From: Chiloscyllium plagiosum
Lineage: Eukaryota
Reading direction: 5' to 3'
Assembly: GCF_004010195.1 (NCBI RefSeq)
Contig: NC_057718.1
Coordinates: forward strand, 10,910,325-10,974,324
DNA: 64,000 bases
The number at the start of each line of letters is the position of its first letter. Position 1 is the stretch's first letter. This document shows positions 38,030-50,172 of the stretch, piece after piece. The translations under genes were made by a program, and so were the position numbers. The notes below the pieces were generated by a model that did no database searches, was not told where the DNA came from, and saw only the letters and a list, made by a program, of their open reading frames with translations.

Positions 38030-38930
38030 GGATGAAAGTTTGCTCACTGAGCTGGAAGATTAGTTTTCAGACATTTCATCACCATATTAGGTAACATCTT
38101 CAGTGAGCCTCTAAATGAAACACTAGTGCTGGAGCCCGCTTTCTATTTATATGTTTGAGTTTCCTAGGGTTGATATTATTTTCTGTGTGACATCATTTCC
38201 TATGGTGATGTAATTTCCTTTTCTTTGTCTCGGGGGTAGTAAATGGGATCCAAGTCAATGTGTTTGTTGATAGAGTTCTGGTTGGAATGCCATGTTTCTA
38301 GTAATTCTCATGCGTGTCTTTGTTTGGCTTGCCCTCGGATGGATGTGTTGTCCCAGTCGAAGTGGTGTCCTTCATCATCCATATGTAAGGATACTAGAGA
38401 GAGTGGGTCATGTCATTTTGTGGCTAGTTGATGTTCATGTATCCGTATCCTGGTGGCTAGTTTTCTGCTGTTTGTCCAATGTAGTGTTTGTTACAGTCCT
38501 TGCAAGTATTTTGTACATGACATTAGTTTTGCTTGTTGTCTGTTTCAAGTTCATTAGCTGCTGTTTTAGTGTGTTGGTGGGTTTGTGGGCTACCAGCATG
38601 CCAAGGAGTCTGAGTAGTGTCTAGTATCTCACTAGTACCCTTACATATGGATGAGGAAGGACACCACTTTGACTGTGGACAACACATCCATCCTAGGACA
38701 AGCCAAACATGACACAAATGAGAATTCCTAGAAACATGGCATTCCAACCAGAACGCTATCAACAAACACAATGACTTGGATCTCATTTACCATCCCCTGA
38801 GAAAAACACCAGGAAATGACATCACCGTAGAAAAAGACGTCACCACAGGAAATGACATTGCCAACCCTAGGAAACGCAAACATATAAACAGGAAGCAGGC
38901 TACACTACCAGAGCTTCATTCAGAGGCCAC
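38030..38930. mobile_element. Penelope-like element remnant (GIY-YIG endonuclease) with inverted partial copy
   Basis: Minus strand encodes frameshifted VMYKI..CKDCNKHYIGQT; 38630-38928 is an inverted copy of ~38105-38398 (REFLETWHSNQNAINKHNDLD); hammerhead at 38067-38107. Confidence 0.85.
38067..38107 (-). ncRNA. Hammerhead ribozyme motif (family C, somewhat decayed)
   Basis: ctca-CTGAAGA-t-GTTACC-taatat-GGTGAT-GAAA-tg-TC-tga. Confidence 0.6.
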
Positions 38931-39659
38931 CTAGTAATCATGACTAATATTTCACTTAATACTAGAGAATACAATAGATCAGTATGGCTGCCCTCACCCC
39001 TTCTTGTAAACCTACCCAAAGACCTGACTAGAAGCAGGCACCTCCCAACTGTTTCAATAGCATAACGACGTCACAGGCAAATAGTTTGGAGAATTATTTA
39101 CTAGCTCTATTTTCATCTGTTCCTTTTTGACTATCAGAAGAGATGACTTGGTGGCGGGAGATGTCCGGTTGTGATATTCTAACATCAAGAGTTGGAGGGA
39201 AGTTTGAGGAGCCTGTGCTTTCCCTTCTCAGGAAGGCACAAGATGAATAAATTGAAGACTTTGCAACTTTCCACAATCATGATTTTCCATGGTATATATT
39301 TGCAATTTGCCAGATTTGACGAACAACTCATGATGTTTACAAAACACCGGTTCAGTTTCAACTGGAAAGCTGTTTCCCAGTTCTGGGCACCACACTAAGG
39401 AAGCTGGAAGGCCACGGAGGGGTTCGAAAGAGGTTCTACCAGAACGGTACGTCAATGTCGTCCATTTTGGTCCAGGGTAAGCAGCTGAAACCTGTGGGTG
39501 TTAACTAATTTGTTTTTAAAAATGTATTTTCAGACAGAAGACAGCAAAGGCAGTGTCCCTGCCTCTGGGCCAGATGGTCCAGATTTAAGTACCACCTCAA
39601 GATGCAACGGCCAAACTGAGGTGTTATAATATCTTTTCTTAAATAACATGTTATTTCAT

Positions 39660-40030
39660 TGAAGGTAGTTCAAAGAAGTTCACTAAGATGATTCCCAGTA
39701 TGGAGGGATTACTCTGTGAGCAAAGATTAAACAGGTTGGGACTCTATTCACAGGAGTTTATAAGAAGGAGAGGTGATCTCACAGAAACATAGGATGCTTA
39801 AGGGGCTTGACAGGGTAAATGCTGAGACGATCTTCCCTCTCATGGGAAAAGGGTAGGACCAGTGGGCATAGTCTCAGAACAAAGGGATGCCAATTCAAGA
39901 CGGAGATAAGGAGGAATCTCTTCTCTCAGAGGGTTGAGCCATGGAACTCCTTGCCACAGAAGTGGGGGCAGAGTCCTTGTGTACACTTAAGCCGAGCTAG
40001 ATTCCTGACCAGTAGGGGAATCTAGGATTG
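39660..40030 (+). mobile_element. CR1 LINE 3' fragment
   Basis: RTSGHSLR..FKTEIRRNLFSQRV..WNSLPQ. Confidence 0.75.
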
Positions 40031-40697
40031 TGGGCGAAATGCAAGATCTGAACAGGTTGATTGAGAAAAAAAGATAAAACTGAAAAGGGCACAGCTGGAA
40101 CTTGAGTCAAGAGATCAGCGAGATTACATACATGTAAGTAATATTATTATAAAGAAAAGCTCTATCTTCATTCCCAATTCAATTACAGACTGGGATCCAC
40201 TTATCAGCTAACAGGGACTTCAATGATGTGGACACACTTGCAGGAGTTTCCTTCAGAACAGAAAAGATTGAGAGAGAATTTGATACTGTGAATAATGACA
40301 AACTGTTTCCACTTGTAAGGGTCATTAAACAGTGGGTAAAGACTTCTAAAGCTGATTTATTAAAGACCCAGAAATGATGCGGAAAAGAAATTGTCCTGCC
40401 CATTATTTTTATAAACTTTCTTTTGAAAAGTCAGGGTGCCCCGAATTGGACACAAAAGCCCAGCTGAAAGGAACCAGTGTTTTGGTTTTGTGATCTAAAA
40501 TGCGCTGATTGAAAGGGGATGGAAACAGGTTTGATTGTAATGTTCAAAAGAAAACTGGAGATGTCCCCCATATAGAATTTGTGGAAAAAAGGTGGCTGCA
40601 GTTCACTGACAGGGTTTTTGTTTTCAAAAAGCAGCAAATATTTCTGAAGTTTCCACATGGGTTGACAATCTAACAGAATATAAAGAACATTGTCTAC

Positions 40698-40792
40698 CTG
40701 CTCCAGGAAATCACTCCCATCGATATCGTCACTATTGGAATGTCCACCAGGGCTTTGCACATCGATGCCATGAGTTTCTAGGATTGCTGCTT
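40698..40792 (-). CDS. HMBOX1: HMBOX1 coding exon
   Basis: ttcaaag|AA GCA...GAG CAG|gtagac; EAAILETHGIDVQSPGGHSNSDDIDGSDFLEQ. Confidence 0.95.
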
Positions 40793-42655
40793 CTTTGAAA
40801 AAGCAAAATTCTCCATAAGAAAATAATCTTGCTACACCAAAAATAAATGCTACACTGAGGGAATAATGGGATAAAAAGTTACAGGGAGAAGGCAGAAAAA
40901 TGGGGTTAAGAAACATATCAGCCATAATTGAATGGCAGAGCACATTCGATGGACTGAATGACCAACCTCTGCTCCTATATCTTATGGAGTGACCCAGAAA
41001 GCCCCACAGTTTGTTCCAGTGTCTGTCACTGAAATTGATGATTGGTTGGGTGTGGGGTGCTGGTCGGCTGAATAAATGTAAGCGAAAGCAGCTACAAATG
41101 GTTAGCAGCAGGAACAGAAACAAATGCACCTAACACTTGCAGGCCACTTTTAAAAGAAAAGGGACCATCTCCGGTGCTTTGTGTAGGCTGTATCCACAGA
41201 CAGCTGGGACTGAGATCTGCAGGAACATGCAAAGCACTTCGCTGTGTTTTCAGGCACGTGATGTCAGCTATTGTCCCAATTTGGCCTGGATTAGTAAACA
41301 CATTTTCGCACATCATCTAAAGTGATGATTTAACATGACTTTAAACATAGTGCTGACAGATCGTTTAGACTAATGGCATCAGATTGAAGACTGGCTTATA
41401 TGCACAAAAAGGTTAATTCCCACCAGAAGTGGAAGACACAGTTTTGATAAGAAAATTTTCTTGATTTCCTAGGACAGCTGGAGCAGAATAGCGCAGATGG
41501 TGCTAGCAAATTGCAGCACTATTACAACCAGCAATCAGTTCTGTTACAACATCCTGGAAAGTGAACTGCATTGGTTCAAGAAGGAAACTCACCACCAAAA
41601 GTAACTAGGGATGGGCAATAAATACTGAATGCCCACATCCAATAAACGAACATTTGAAAATAAAAGTTATTGCTCTCGAGATGGTGTAAGCGATTGTGAG
41701 GCATGCAATGTCAAAAAAAATTCTAAACCCATGTTTCAATTTATTCGGAGCAGCAGAAGGGGTGATATTATTGACCTTAACTCTCCTAGGTTCGAAGGAA
41801 GGTGATGTGCATCAAAAGGTTCTTGCTCTTAACCACAACGTTCATGCTCATACTGAATAGTGTGCATGCGTGAACACTGGATAGGGTCTGCAAAAGCCCA
41901 GACTGGGCTCACACGTCAAGTGGACCGTGAAGCACAGCCATTATTCTGCAGGTGTATGTTGTACCTCAATGAAAGGATAAGATTATCACAGGGCATGTTG
42001 AAAAGAAATGGAAACCAAAAATTAACCAATGCTATTATCCACAATACAAACGTAAAGGAAGAAAAAAAGAGAGAAGGTGCAGGGAAGATTCAAAGTTGGT
42101 ACCAGATAAAGGATTTTACAGCTATCGGTAAAGATTGAAAAAGTTAGCACTTCTCTCTTCAAAAAATAGAGAACTTCTGAGACTTTTAACATTTTGAATG
42201 TGTTGGAGAGGACATGGAACGAATGTTTACACTTGAGAGAATACAAAACTTAGGTCCATAAATATAGGCTAGTTGCAAATAAATCCAACAGGAAAGTAAG
42301 AAACTTCAAGTAGATAAAACATAGACCTTGTCAACTCAGGAAATGCTGAGGCAAATACTTTGAAGTGTTTCGAAAGGAAATTAGGAGTACATGGAAGAGA
42401 ATAAAAAAAAATGGTGAAAGGCTGAAATGTGGGCAATGGAATGGGAGCAGGCTGATGCATGAGGATGAAAACTGGCAAAGACTATTTGGGTCAAATAGTC
42501 AGTTTCTGCCCTATATATTCTGCATAATTCTACTGTAACACCAAGCTAAAACACTGACATTATAACCTCCTTGCAGGTTTTACTGCAAATCAGGAGCTTT
42601 CTTTCCGACATGCTATTTTACTAAATCCTCTCCACATCATCTTCAACAACATTAC

Positions 42656-42751
42656 CAATATTTGCCCTCCTCTTGATCTCCTTCCTGCGATTGGCAAACC
42701 AGTTGTAGACTTTGAGAGGGGTCACTCGCTCGGACTCAGTCAGCTTCCTAC
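42656..42751 (-). CDS. HMBOX1: HMBOX1 exon, homeodomain helix 3
   Basis: ttgtag|GT AGG...AAT ATT G|gtaatg; GRKLTESERVTPLKVYNWFANRRKEIKRRANI. Confidence 0.96.
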
Positions 42752-43525
42752 CTACAACAATAGCAAAACATATTACTCCAGTCACCATAAAACAAACAGC
42801 TGCTTTCTAATTAACTGAGGAGAACGGGACAGGGAGGCATCCTAAATTCTGAGCTAAAAGACGTTGACTACAAAATGTATACCACAACAGCGATAACTCA
42901 TATTGGTATAACAAAACTTCCCAGGTGCTTTATAGGAGCGGTACTATTCAAACTCAGACACCAAGCACATGAGGAGGAGAAATGAAAACAGATGGTCTAA
43001 ACTTTGATTAAAGTAGTTTTTTACTAGCGTCTTAGGAAGGAGCAGAGAGAGAATTTATGGGGAACCTTCTAAGTGGAGGTCCTTGGCGCTGAAATACAAA
43101 ATATCCCGGAATGTCTAGCAGCAGTCACCAGGTTTCTGTCCAAAATTAGCAAGCTGCCTTAGGTACTGAAAGATTTGTATTTTTACAGCATTATTGGTTT
43201 TTGTTCCTTTTTGTATAACATGTTATTAAAACCTCAATGCGCTTTACAGCTCACTAAAGCCTTCTGAAGTGTAGAAAACATGGCTCCACAACCAGAACTG
43301 AGATAGTACCGATTTCTGATGTTAATAAATATTGGCCAGGATAACTCTTGTGCTCTCCTATGAAGAAATGGCCATGGATCTTTTATGTCTGCCTGAAAGC
43401 ACTGGGTTGGGGGATAGGATTTGTTTAATCTCTCTGAACAGTAATAACTCTGAAACTGTAGCATTCATTCAGTATGTGCTGGAGTATCAACCAGAAAATC
43501 TGTGTTTAAATCTCTGGAGCGGGTT

Positions 43526-43845
43526 ATTAGATTAGATTAGATTCCCTACAGTATGGAAACAGGCCCTTCGGCCCAACAACTCTACACCGACCCTCCGAAG
43601 TGAAACCCACCCAGACCCATTTCCTTACCCTATATTTACCGGACTAATGCACCTAACACTATGGGCAATTTAGCACAGCCAATTCACCTAATCTGCACAT
43701 TTTTGGATTGTGGGAGGAAATTGGAGCATGCAGACATGGGGAGAAACGTCTCTAAAGTCTACGTAGACAGCTGCTCAAGGCAGGAATCGAACCTGGGTCC
43801 CTGGCGCTGTGAGGCAGCACTGCTAACCACTGATCCACCGTGCCA
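43526..43845 (-). mobile_element. HE1-type V-SINE
   Basis: (ttaga)n tail, V-domain and tRNA head. Confidence 0.88.
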
Positions 43846-43958
43846 CTCCAAACCCAGAACCTTTTGAATCAGAGTGATAACAGCATAATCTACCGAGCCT
43901 TAAGTGACATTAATTCGAAGGTCTAAATCATCAACATCTTGAAGACACAGCTCTTTAC

Positions 43959-44041
43959 CTGGTTTCTGTATGACTGCATTACAAGCATTTGAAATCTCCT
44001 CTCTCTTGGCTTCATCTGGGTACTGGTTGTCATTGAAGTAA
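43959..44041 (-). CDS. HMBOX1: HMBOX1 exon, homeodomain
   Basis: atttag|T TAC...CCA G|gtaaag; SYFNDNQYPDEAKREEISNACNAVIQKP. Confidence 0.96.
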
Positions 44042-44681
44042 CTAAATAAAGTAAAGAACGTTACAGTTACATAATATTATGGCTAGACTTTACTCAATGT
44101 GTTTTAAATTTTAAATGTGGGTTTCTTAACTGTGCAACTGTTGCAGTGATGCACCTAGCTCCTGTCACTCAGAGAGCCTGCTTCAAGTGCCAAGACTCAG
44201 CTGGATGTTGGAGTAACAGAAACTGTGACACCGCAGCAGGGGAACTGGGAACAATGCAAATTAACAGGCTATTGTGTAGTTTGTGTACAGCACAAATGAA
44301 ATGAGATGCTGGATGTGACAGGAACAATGAGAATTCAGTGAAGTTTGCCTACAGTAGCAAGAATTATGCTGAGCATTTTAAAACACACTACCACGCAATC
44401 AGTGCAATCATTGCAATATTGTCAAGGAGTAGTGTTGAGGAAAGATTCAGCTAAGCAGCTGTGCTGTGCTGTGCTATGCTATATTCAGCAGCGTACAGCT
44501 TCTACACGCTCAGCACTTATGCTGTCAAAACACTCTGGATGTGTTTGCACTCCAACTACAGCAACTGCCCAACTGTTTAATGTCAAACTCACACACTATC
44601 ATAGTGCACCACATGCACGTGGATGAGCATCAATGCAATGATAACCACAACGGAACAGGGAGCTCAGGCAGCAGCAGGTAC

Positions 44682-44835
44682 CTCTCCATGACAGTTAGGC
44701 ACTCCTTCCGCCAGGTGAATCGGCTGCCCCTTCGGAGACGAAAGTTGCCCGATGTGGCACCAGTGGGTGGTGTTGATTGTTTCCACTCTGGTTCCTCCGT
44801 GGTGGATGAGGCTGGCCTCATGTTGAGGGTAGCTC
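44682..44835 (-). CDS. HMBOX1: HMBOX1 exon, linker and homeodomain start
   Basis: tttggag|GA GCT...GAG AG|gtacct; GATLNMRPASSTTEEPEWKQSTPP...FRLRRGSRFTWRKECLTVME. Confidence 0.94.
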
Positions 44836-45344
44836 CTCCAAACAAGAAGAAAAAAAGACACTCAACCAAAATACTAGCTTGAAGGACTACAGAAAGACTT
44901 TTAGTTTGAGCAACAAGTCTCTCATTCCCTTTATTGGCTGCAATATCTAAAACATTCTCAGCTTTACCTTTGACATTTCAGATCTATACTTTTATAAAAT
45001 GTGAAATAACCATCTTCTAGAAGTCAGCCAATTGAAGGGATACTCAAAGCCATGAAATTCTCATGGTAGCAGGATTACGGCCAATTTGTCGCAAATAGCC
45101 CACCTTCTGTTTTAATGCACTGGTGCCCAAAACTGGAACTTTTCACCTCCCTAAGTTTTTATTTCCTGCTAAAATCCATAGTCTATAAACCCAGGTTTGT
45201 TGTCACATGGTTACTACTTCTGACCCTTTGACTTCTTTCCCAGTCTTGGAGGAGTCCTGCACACCGTAACTCAATTCATTACCTTGTCTCAAAAAAGGAA
45301 AACTGGAATCAAGTTCCACTCAGCTTTCTTTGTTGATGGGATGT

Positions 45345-45474
45345 GGGAGAAAGTGAGGACGGCAGATGCTGGAGATCAGAGCTGAAAAATGTGTTGCTGG
45401 AAAAGCGCAGCAGGTCAGGCAGCATCCAAGAAGCAGGAGAATCGACATTTCGGGCATTAGCCTTTCTTCAGGAA
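45345..45474 (-). mobile_element. Penelope-like terminal fragment (family A) ending at the hammerhead motif
   Basis: Reverse complement of ~62-158 plus extension; hammerhead 45440-45474 has a stem II mismatch. Confidence 0.7.
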
Positions 45475-45656
45475 ATGGGTGTTACTGGCTAAGCCACCAG
45501 TTATTGCCTATTCTTAATCACCTTGGGGGATGGTGGTGTTGGTGAGCTGCCTTCTTGAGCCTTAGGGTAGTCCTCGTGGTACCGAAACATACTCGGTTAG
45601 GGTGAGAGTGATGGAACAGTGACTTAGTTTCAAGTTAGGATAGTGTTCAGGTTTTT

Positions 45657-45947
45657 TAGATAACTTAGTGTGGAAACAGGCCCTTCAACCCAACAAGTCT
45701 ACACCAACCCGCCGAAGAGTAACCCACCCACACCCATTCCCTTACATTTACCCCTTCACCTAACACTATGGACAATTTAGCATGGCCAATTCACCTAATC
45801 TGCACATTATTGGATTGTGGGAGGAAACCGGAGCATCCAGAGGAAACCCACGCAGACACGGGGGGAAACGTACAAACTCCACACACAGTTGCCTGAGGCA
45901 GGAATAGAACCCGGGTCTCTGGCACTGAGGCAGCCGTGCTAACCACT
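45657..45947 (-). mobile_element. HE1-type V-SINE
   Basis: Tail, V-domain and most of the head on the minus strand. Confidence 0.85.
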
Positions 45948-46249
45948 CTGGAGATGGTGGTGTTCCCATTCAATTGCTGGACTTGTCCTTCCAGGTGGTA
46001 GCAGTCACAGGGTTGGAAAGTACTGTTGAAGGAACCTTACTGAGTTAGTGCAGATGATCCAGTCTGCTACCACTGTGCATAGCTAATGGAGGAAGTGAAT
46101 GCTGAACGTGGTGGATGGGGTATAAGAATGCTTTGTCCTGGATGGTGTCAACCTTCATGGTTGGTGGAGCTCCACAGGCAGAAGGGAAAACAGGAGGCAA
46201 GCTTCTTGCTTCAGAATACCTGACCTCAAACCTGTTCTTGAACTTCAGC

Positions 46250-48050
46250 ATTTATATAGAACATTACAGCGCAGGACAGGCCCTTGGGCCCTCAATGTTG
46301 CGCCAATCTGTTGAACCAATCGGAAGTCCATCTAACCGACACTATTCCATTCTTGTCCACATGCCTATCCAATGACTATTTAAATACCCTTAAAGTTGGC
46401 AAGTCTACTACCATTACAAGCAGTGCGTTCCACATCGCTACTACTCGGAGTAAAGAAACTACCTCTGACATCTGTCCTATGTCTATCACCCCACAATTTA
46501 AAGGTTTGTTCCCTCGTGCTAGCCATCACCATCAGAGGAAAAAGGCTTTCACTGTCCACCCTATCTAACCCTCTGATTATCTTGTATGTCTTAATTAAGT
46601 CACCTCTCAACCTTCTTCTCTCTAACAAAAAACAGCCTCAGGTCCCGCAGCCTATCATAAGACCTTCCCTCCATACCAGGCAACATCCTAGTAAACCTCC
46701 TCTGAACCCTTTCCAAAGCTTCCACATCCTTCCTATAATGCGGTGACCAAAACTGTACACAACAGTCCAAGTGCGGCCACACCAGAATTTTGTACAGCTG
46801 CAGTATAATTCATGGTTCTGAAACGCAATCCCTCTACTAATAAAAGCTAACACACCGTATGCTTTCTTAACAACCCTATCATCTTGGGTGGCAACTTTCT
46901 GTACCTGGTCACAGAGATCTCTCTGCTCATCTACACGACCAAGAATCTTACCATTAGTCCAGTACTCTGGAGGTTGTCCATTTTGGAAAGACAAATAAGA
47001 ATGCGGAATACAGGGTTAACGGTAGGGTTCTTAGTGAGGTGGAGGAACAGAGAGATCTTGGGGTCTATGTTCATAGATCTTTGAAAGTTGCCACTCAGGT
47101 GGATAGAGCTTGTAAGAAGGCCTATGGTGTATTAGCGTTCATTAGCAGAGGGATTGAATTCAAGAGTCGTGAAGTGATGTTGCAACTGTACAGGACTTTG
47201 GTTAGGCCACATTTGGAGTACTGTGTGCAGTTCTGGTGGCCTCACTTCAGGAAAGGGGGCATGGAATGCGCTGTCTGTGGGAGTGGCAGAGTGAGAATCA
47301 TTGGCGAACTTTAAGTGGCAATTGGATACGTACATGGATGGGTGCTTAAGCCAGGATAAATGTTCGGCACAACATCGTGGGCCGAAGGGCCTGTTCTGTG
47401 CTGTATTGTTCTATGTTCTGCATTCCTGTTACTCCTTCCAAAGTTAACCACCTCACACTTTTCTGTATTAAACTCCATTTGGCACCTCTCAGCCCAGCTC
47501 TGCAGCTTATCTAGGTCTCTCTGTAACCTGCAACATCCTTTGGCACTATCCACAACCCTACTGACCTTAGAGTCATCTGTAAATTTACTAACCCATCCTT
47601 CTATGCCCTCGTCCAGGTCGTTTATAAAAATGACAAACAACAATAGACCCAAAACAGATCCTTGCTGTACCGCACTAGTAACTGAACTCCAGGATTAATA
47701 TTTCCCAACAACTACCACCCTCTGTCTTCTTTCAGCTAGCCAATTTCTGATCCAAACTACTAAATCACCCTCAATCCCATGCCTTCGTATTTTGTGCAAT
47801 AGCCTACCATGGGGGACCTTATCAAATGCTTTAGTGAAATCCATATACACCATATCAACTGCTTTACCCTCACCCGCCTGTTTGATTACCTTCTCAAAGA
47901 ACTCAATAAGGTTTGTGAGGCACGACCTACCCTTCACAAAACCATGTTGATTATCCAGAATCAACTTATGATTCCTAATCATCTGTAGATGATTATAAAT
48001 CCCATCTCTTATAAGCCTTTCCAACACAACTAACCCACAACCAAAGTAAG
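46250..48050 (-). mobile_element. CR1/HER1-like LINE ORF2 3' region, interrupted by an opposite-strand CR1 fragment (~46970-47418)
   Basis: ORF fragments QHGFVKGRSCLTNLIEFFE, YMDFTKAFDKVPHGRL, LLFVIFINDLD..SKFTDDSK, RPHLEYCVQFW, RRRLRGDLIKTYKI. Confidence 0.92.
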
Positions 48051-48302
48051 CTCTCAGGTCTTGAATGGCCCAAATCAGTTCCTGATCACTGAAATTGTGT
48101 AATTGTGTTCCCCTTGGGAAATGAAATGTAAAATCTCAATTGAGCATTGTTAACAGCCTCTTTACCCTGCAACCAAATGTCTACTGCATTTGACTGAACC
48201 CTGGGGGATAAGTCTCTGCTGAGGGCCCCAATTTACACCTGGTCTGAGACCAGAAAGTCTTGACAATGGTGTGCTTAAAACTAAACTTGAGTTATGCAAT
48301 AC

Positions 48303-48413
48303 CTGGATTAATCTTCTCCAGGAGGTACCATCTGTACAAAGTCCGCTTCTTGGGTTCACTCATGTCGAGTCCTTGCTGCAACAGCCACTGGGAAATAAAG
48401 CTTCGACTCATGC
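48303..48413 (-). CDS. HMBOX1: HMBOX1 exon, POU-specific-like (HNF1-type) domain, second part
   Basis: ttgtag|GC ATG...CCA G|gtattg; GMSRSFISQWLLQQGLDMSEPKKRTLYRWYLLEKINP; 111 nt, phase 1-1. Confidence 0.93.
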
Positions 48414-49335
48414 CTACAACCACAGAAAAGGTACCATCCAGTTACTGCTCTGCACACTTGGTACCACTGGCTGGCTTTTTATTTCTCAAAATGAATTTGG
48501 TTCCATCTTTCTCTGTCTCTTCCAGGATTAGTCCCACGGGACCCATGGCAGCATCTTGGCACCTCAGCTGAGTAACCATTGCTGTTGATTCCCAAATACG
48601 GTGTAGGGTTACTATAACAACCATTAACAGAGAGCTTTATAGCCAAGCTCAAACCGGTCTCATCATCCAACGGATCTGATGAAAGGGAAAAGGAGCGAAA
48701 GGGAAAGGCCATTTTTCCTTTCCCCAAGCCAGAAGTCAGGTATTGCTGGAGCTAACTTGAAGTTGCTAAGGAGAAAAGGACAATGTATTTCTTGGGCAAA
48801 TGAAATCAAAAACTCCACAGCTAGCTGACGTGAACAGGAATTAATCAGGTATGGTTAAGATTGGATTCCAAAGAGTGAATTCAGAGAAAAAGGCTAATTT
48901 ACATGGCAGTATATCACAAATTATTTCATTTGACAACGTAATAGCCATTTTGACACCAGTAACATCCGACGAACAGCAATGAGATGAAAGACAAATTAGT
49001 GTTTTAATTGGTGAATGCACTGCGAAACAAATAAGTCTTAAATTGTCATCTACAAAGCACTTCTGCATATATAAAAGTTTTTGTTTGTTTGGTCAGCACG
49101 GCCTTCCAGCTGCTACGTTTAGGCCAAACTCCATCCATGATGGCACCTTCCTCTTGTTACGTGGCCACAAATATATAGGGAGTTTTACATTTTTAACTTC
49201 AAACTCTAAGGAGGTTCTCAGTTGAAATGTAGCTGCAATTCTAACATACTGGTTAGTAACACCCTGAACAGGAAGGACATTTCTTCTTAAAAAGCACATC
49301 AATCTCAAGCCCAGGTTAGCTGGCTGCCTCCTCAC

Positions 49336-49421
49336 CTGTGACCTGGCCCACGATAGTCTGGGAGATCATCCGATTAGAGAGAAAGCTCTTTATCTCTTCT
49401 TTAACAGTAGTGCTGTCCCTC
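49336..49421 (-). CDS. HMBOX1: HMBOX1 exon, POU-specific-like domain, first part
   Basis: ctgtag|G AGG GAC...ACA G|gtgagg; RDSTTVKEEIKSFLSNRMISQTIVGQVT; 86 nt, phase 2-1. Confidence 0.93.
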
Positions 49422-50172
49422 CTACAGAATGTAAACAAGAGGAGGGAAAAAAACACATTAAAAGATTTCTATGTAATGTTCCAGAGTTTGGAGAGCGAAT
49501 TTCTTTCCATCTCCATTTCCAAACAACAAGTGGTTTGGTCAATGAATGCATCAAAACAAAGCTACCTTTTGATTAGTAAGAGGTATTTCACTGTGTAAAG
49601 ACTCAAAGTTTGTAACAGAGAGGAGCACCCCACTCAAATCCTACTTTTCCATTCAAACAGCCATTTGGTTGGTTCTTTTTCATGCCTCTCAGGCTTTTTA
49701 GTGTTTCACCATTACATTACTGCCCCCCCAATGCTGGGAGACGTACCAATAATAAAACTAACCAAATATCAGCCAAATTTCAGAGGACAGAATCTACTGT
49801 CCTGTTGCATGTTTAAGTAGAGCTGTACACATCTGTTGCAGTGGAACCTCAATAAGGGTGTTACGGAGGAACAGGAAGAGGCTGTTCAGCCTCTCGAGCT
49901 TGTTCTGCCATTGAAATAATGGTGGCTCCATATCTTCGCTCCACAATCTGCTCTACCATCGGCCTGCAAAATCTACTGCTCTTGGATTTAAATGAAGGTG
50001 CTGATTACTTTCCTAGTTTTGAATATAGGAAATCATGCCATAGGTGGGGCTCCTGAGCTGCAGCAGGCAATGCCCAACACAGTTGGCTAACATCATCCTA
50101 CAAAAGATGGAAGACAGCCTTTGGTAAATTAAACCTCAACAGTGAAGCAACTGAATTGTCATTTCAACCAAC

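Noticed and set aside
40431..41129. 232-aa minus-strand ORF
   Set aside because: Only the central 95 nt are an HMBOX1 exon; the rest is intron, partly a CR1 tail, open by chance
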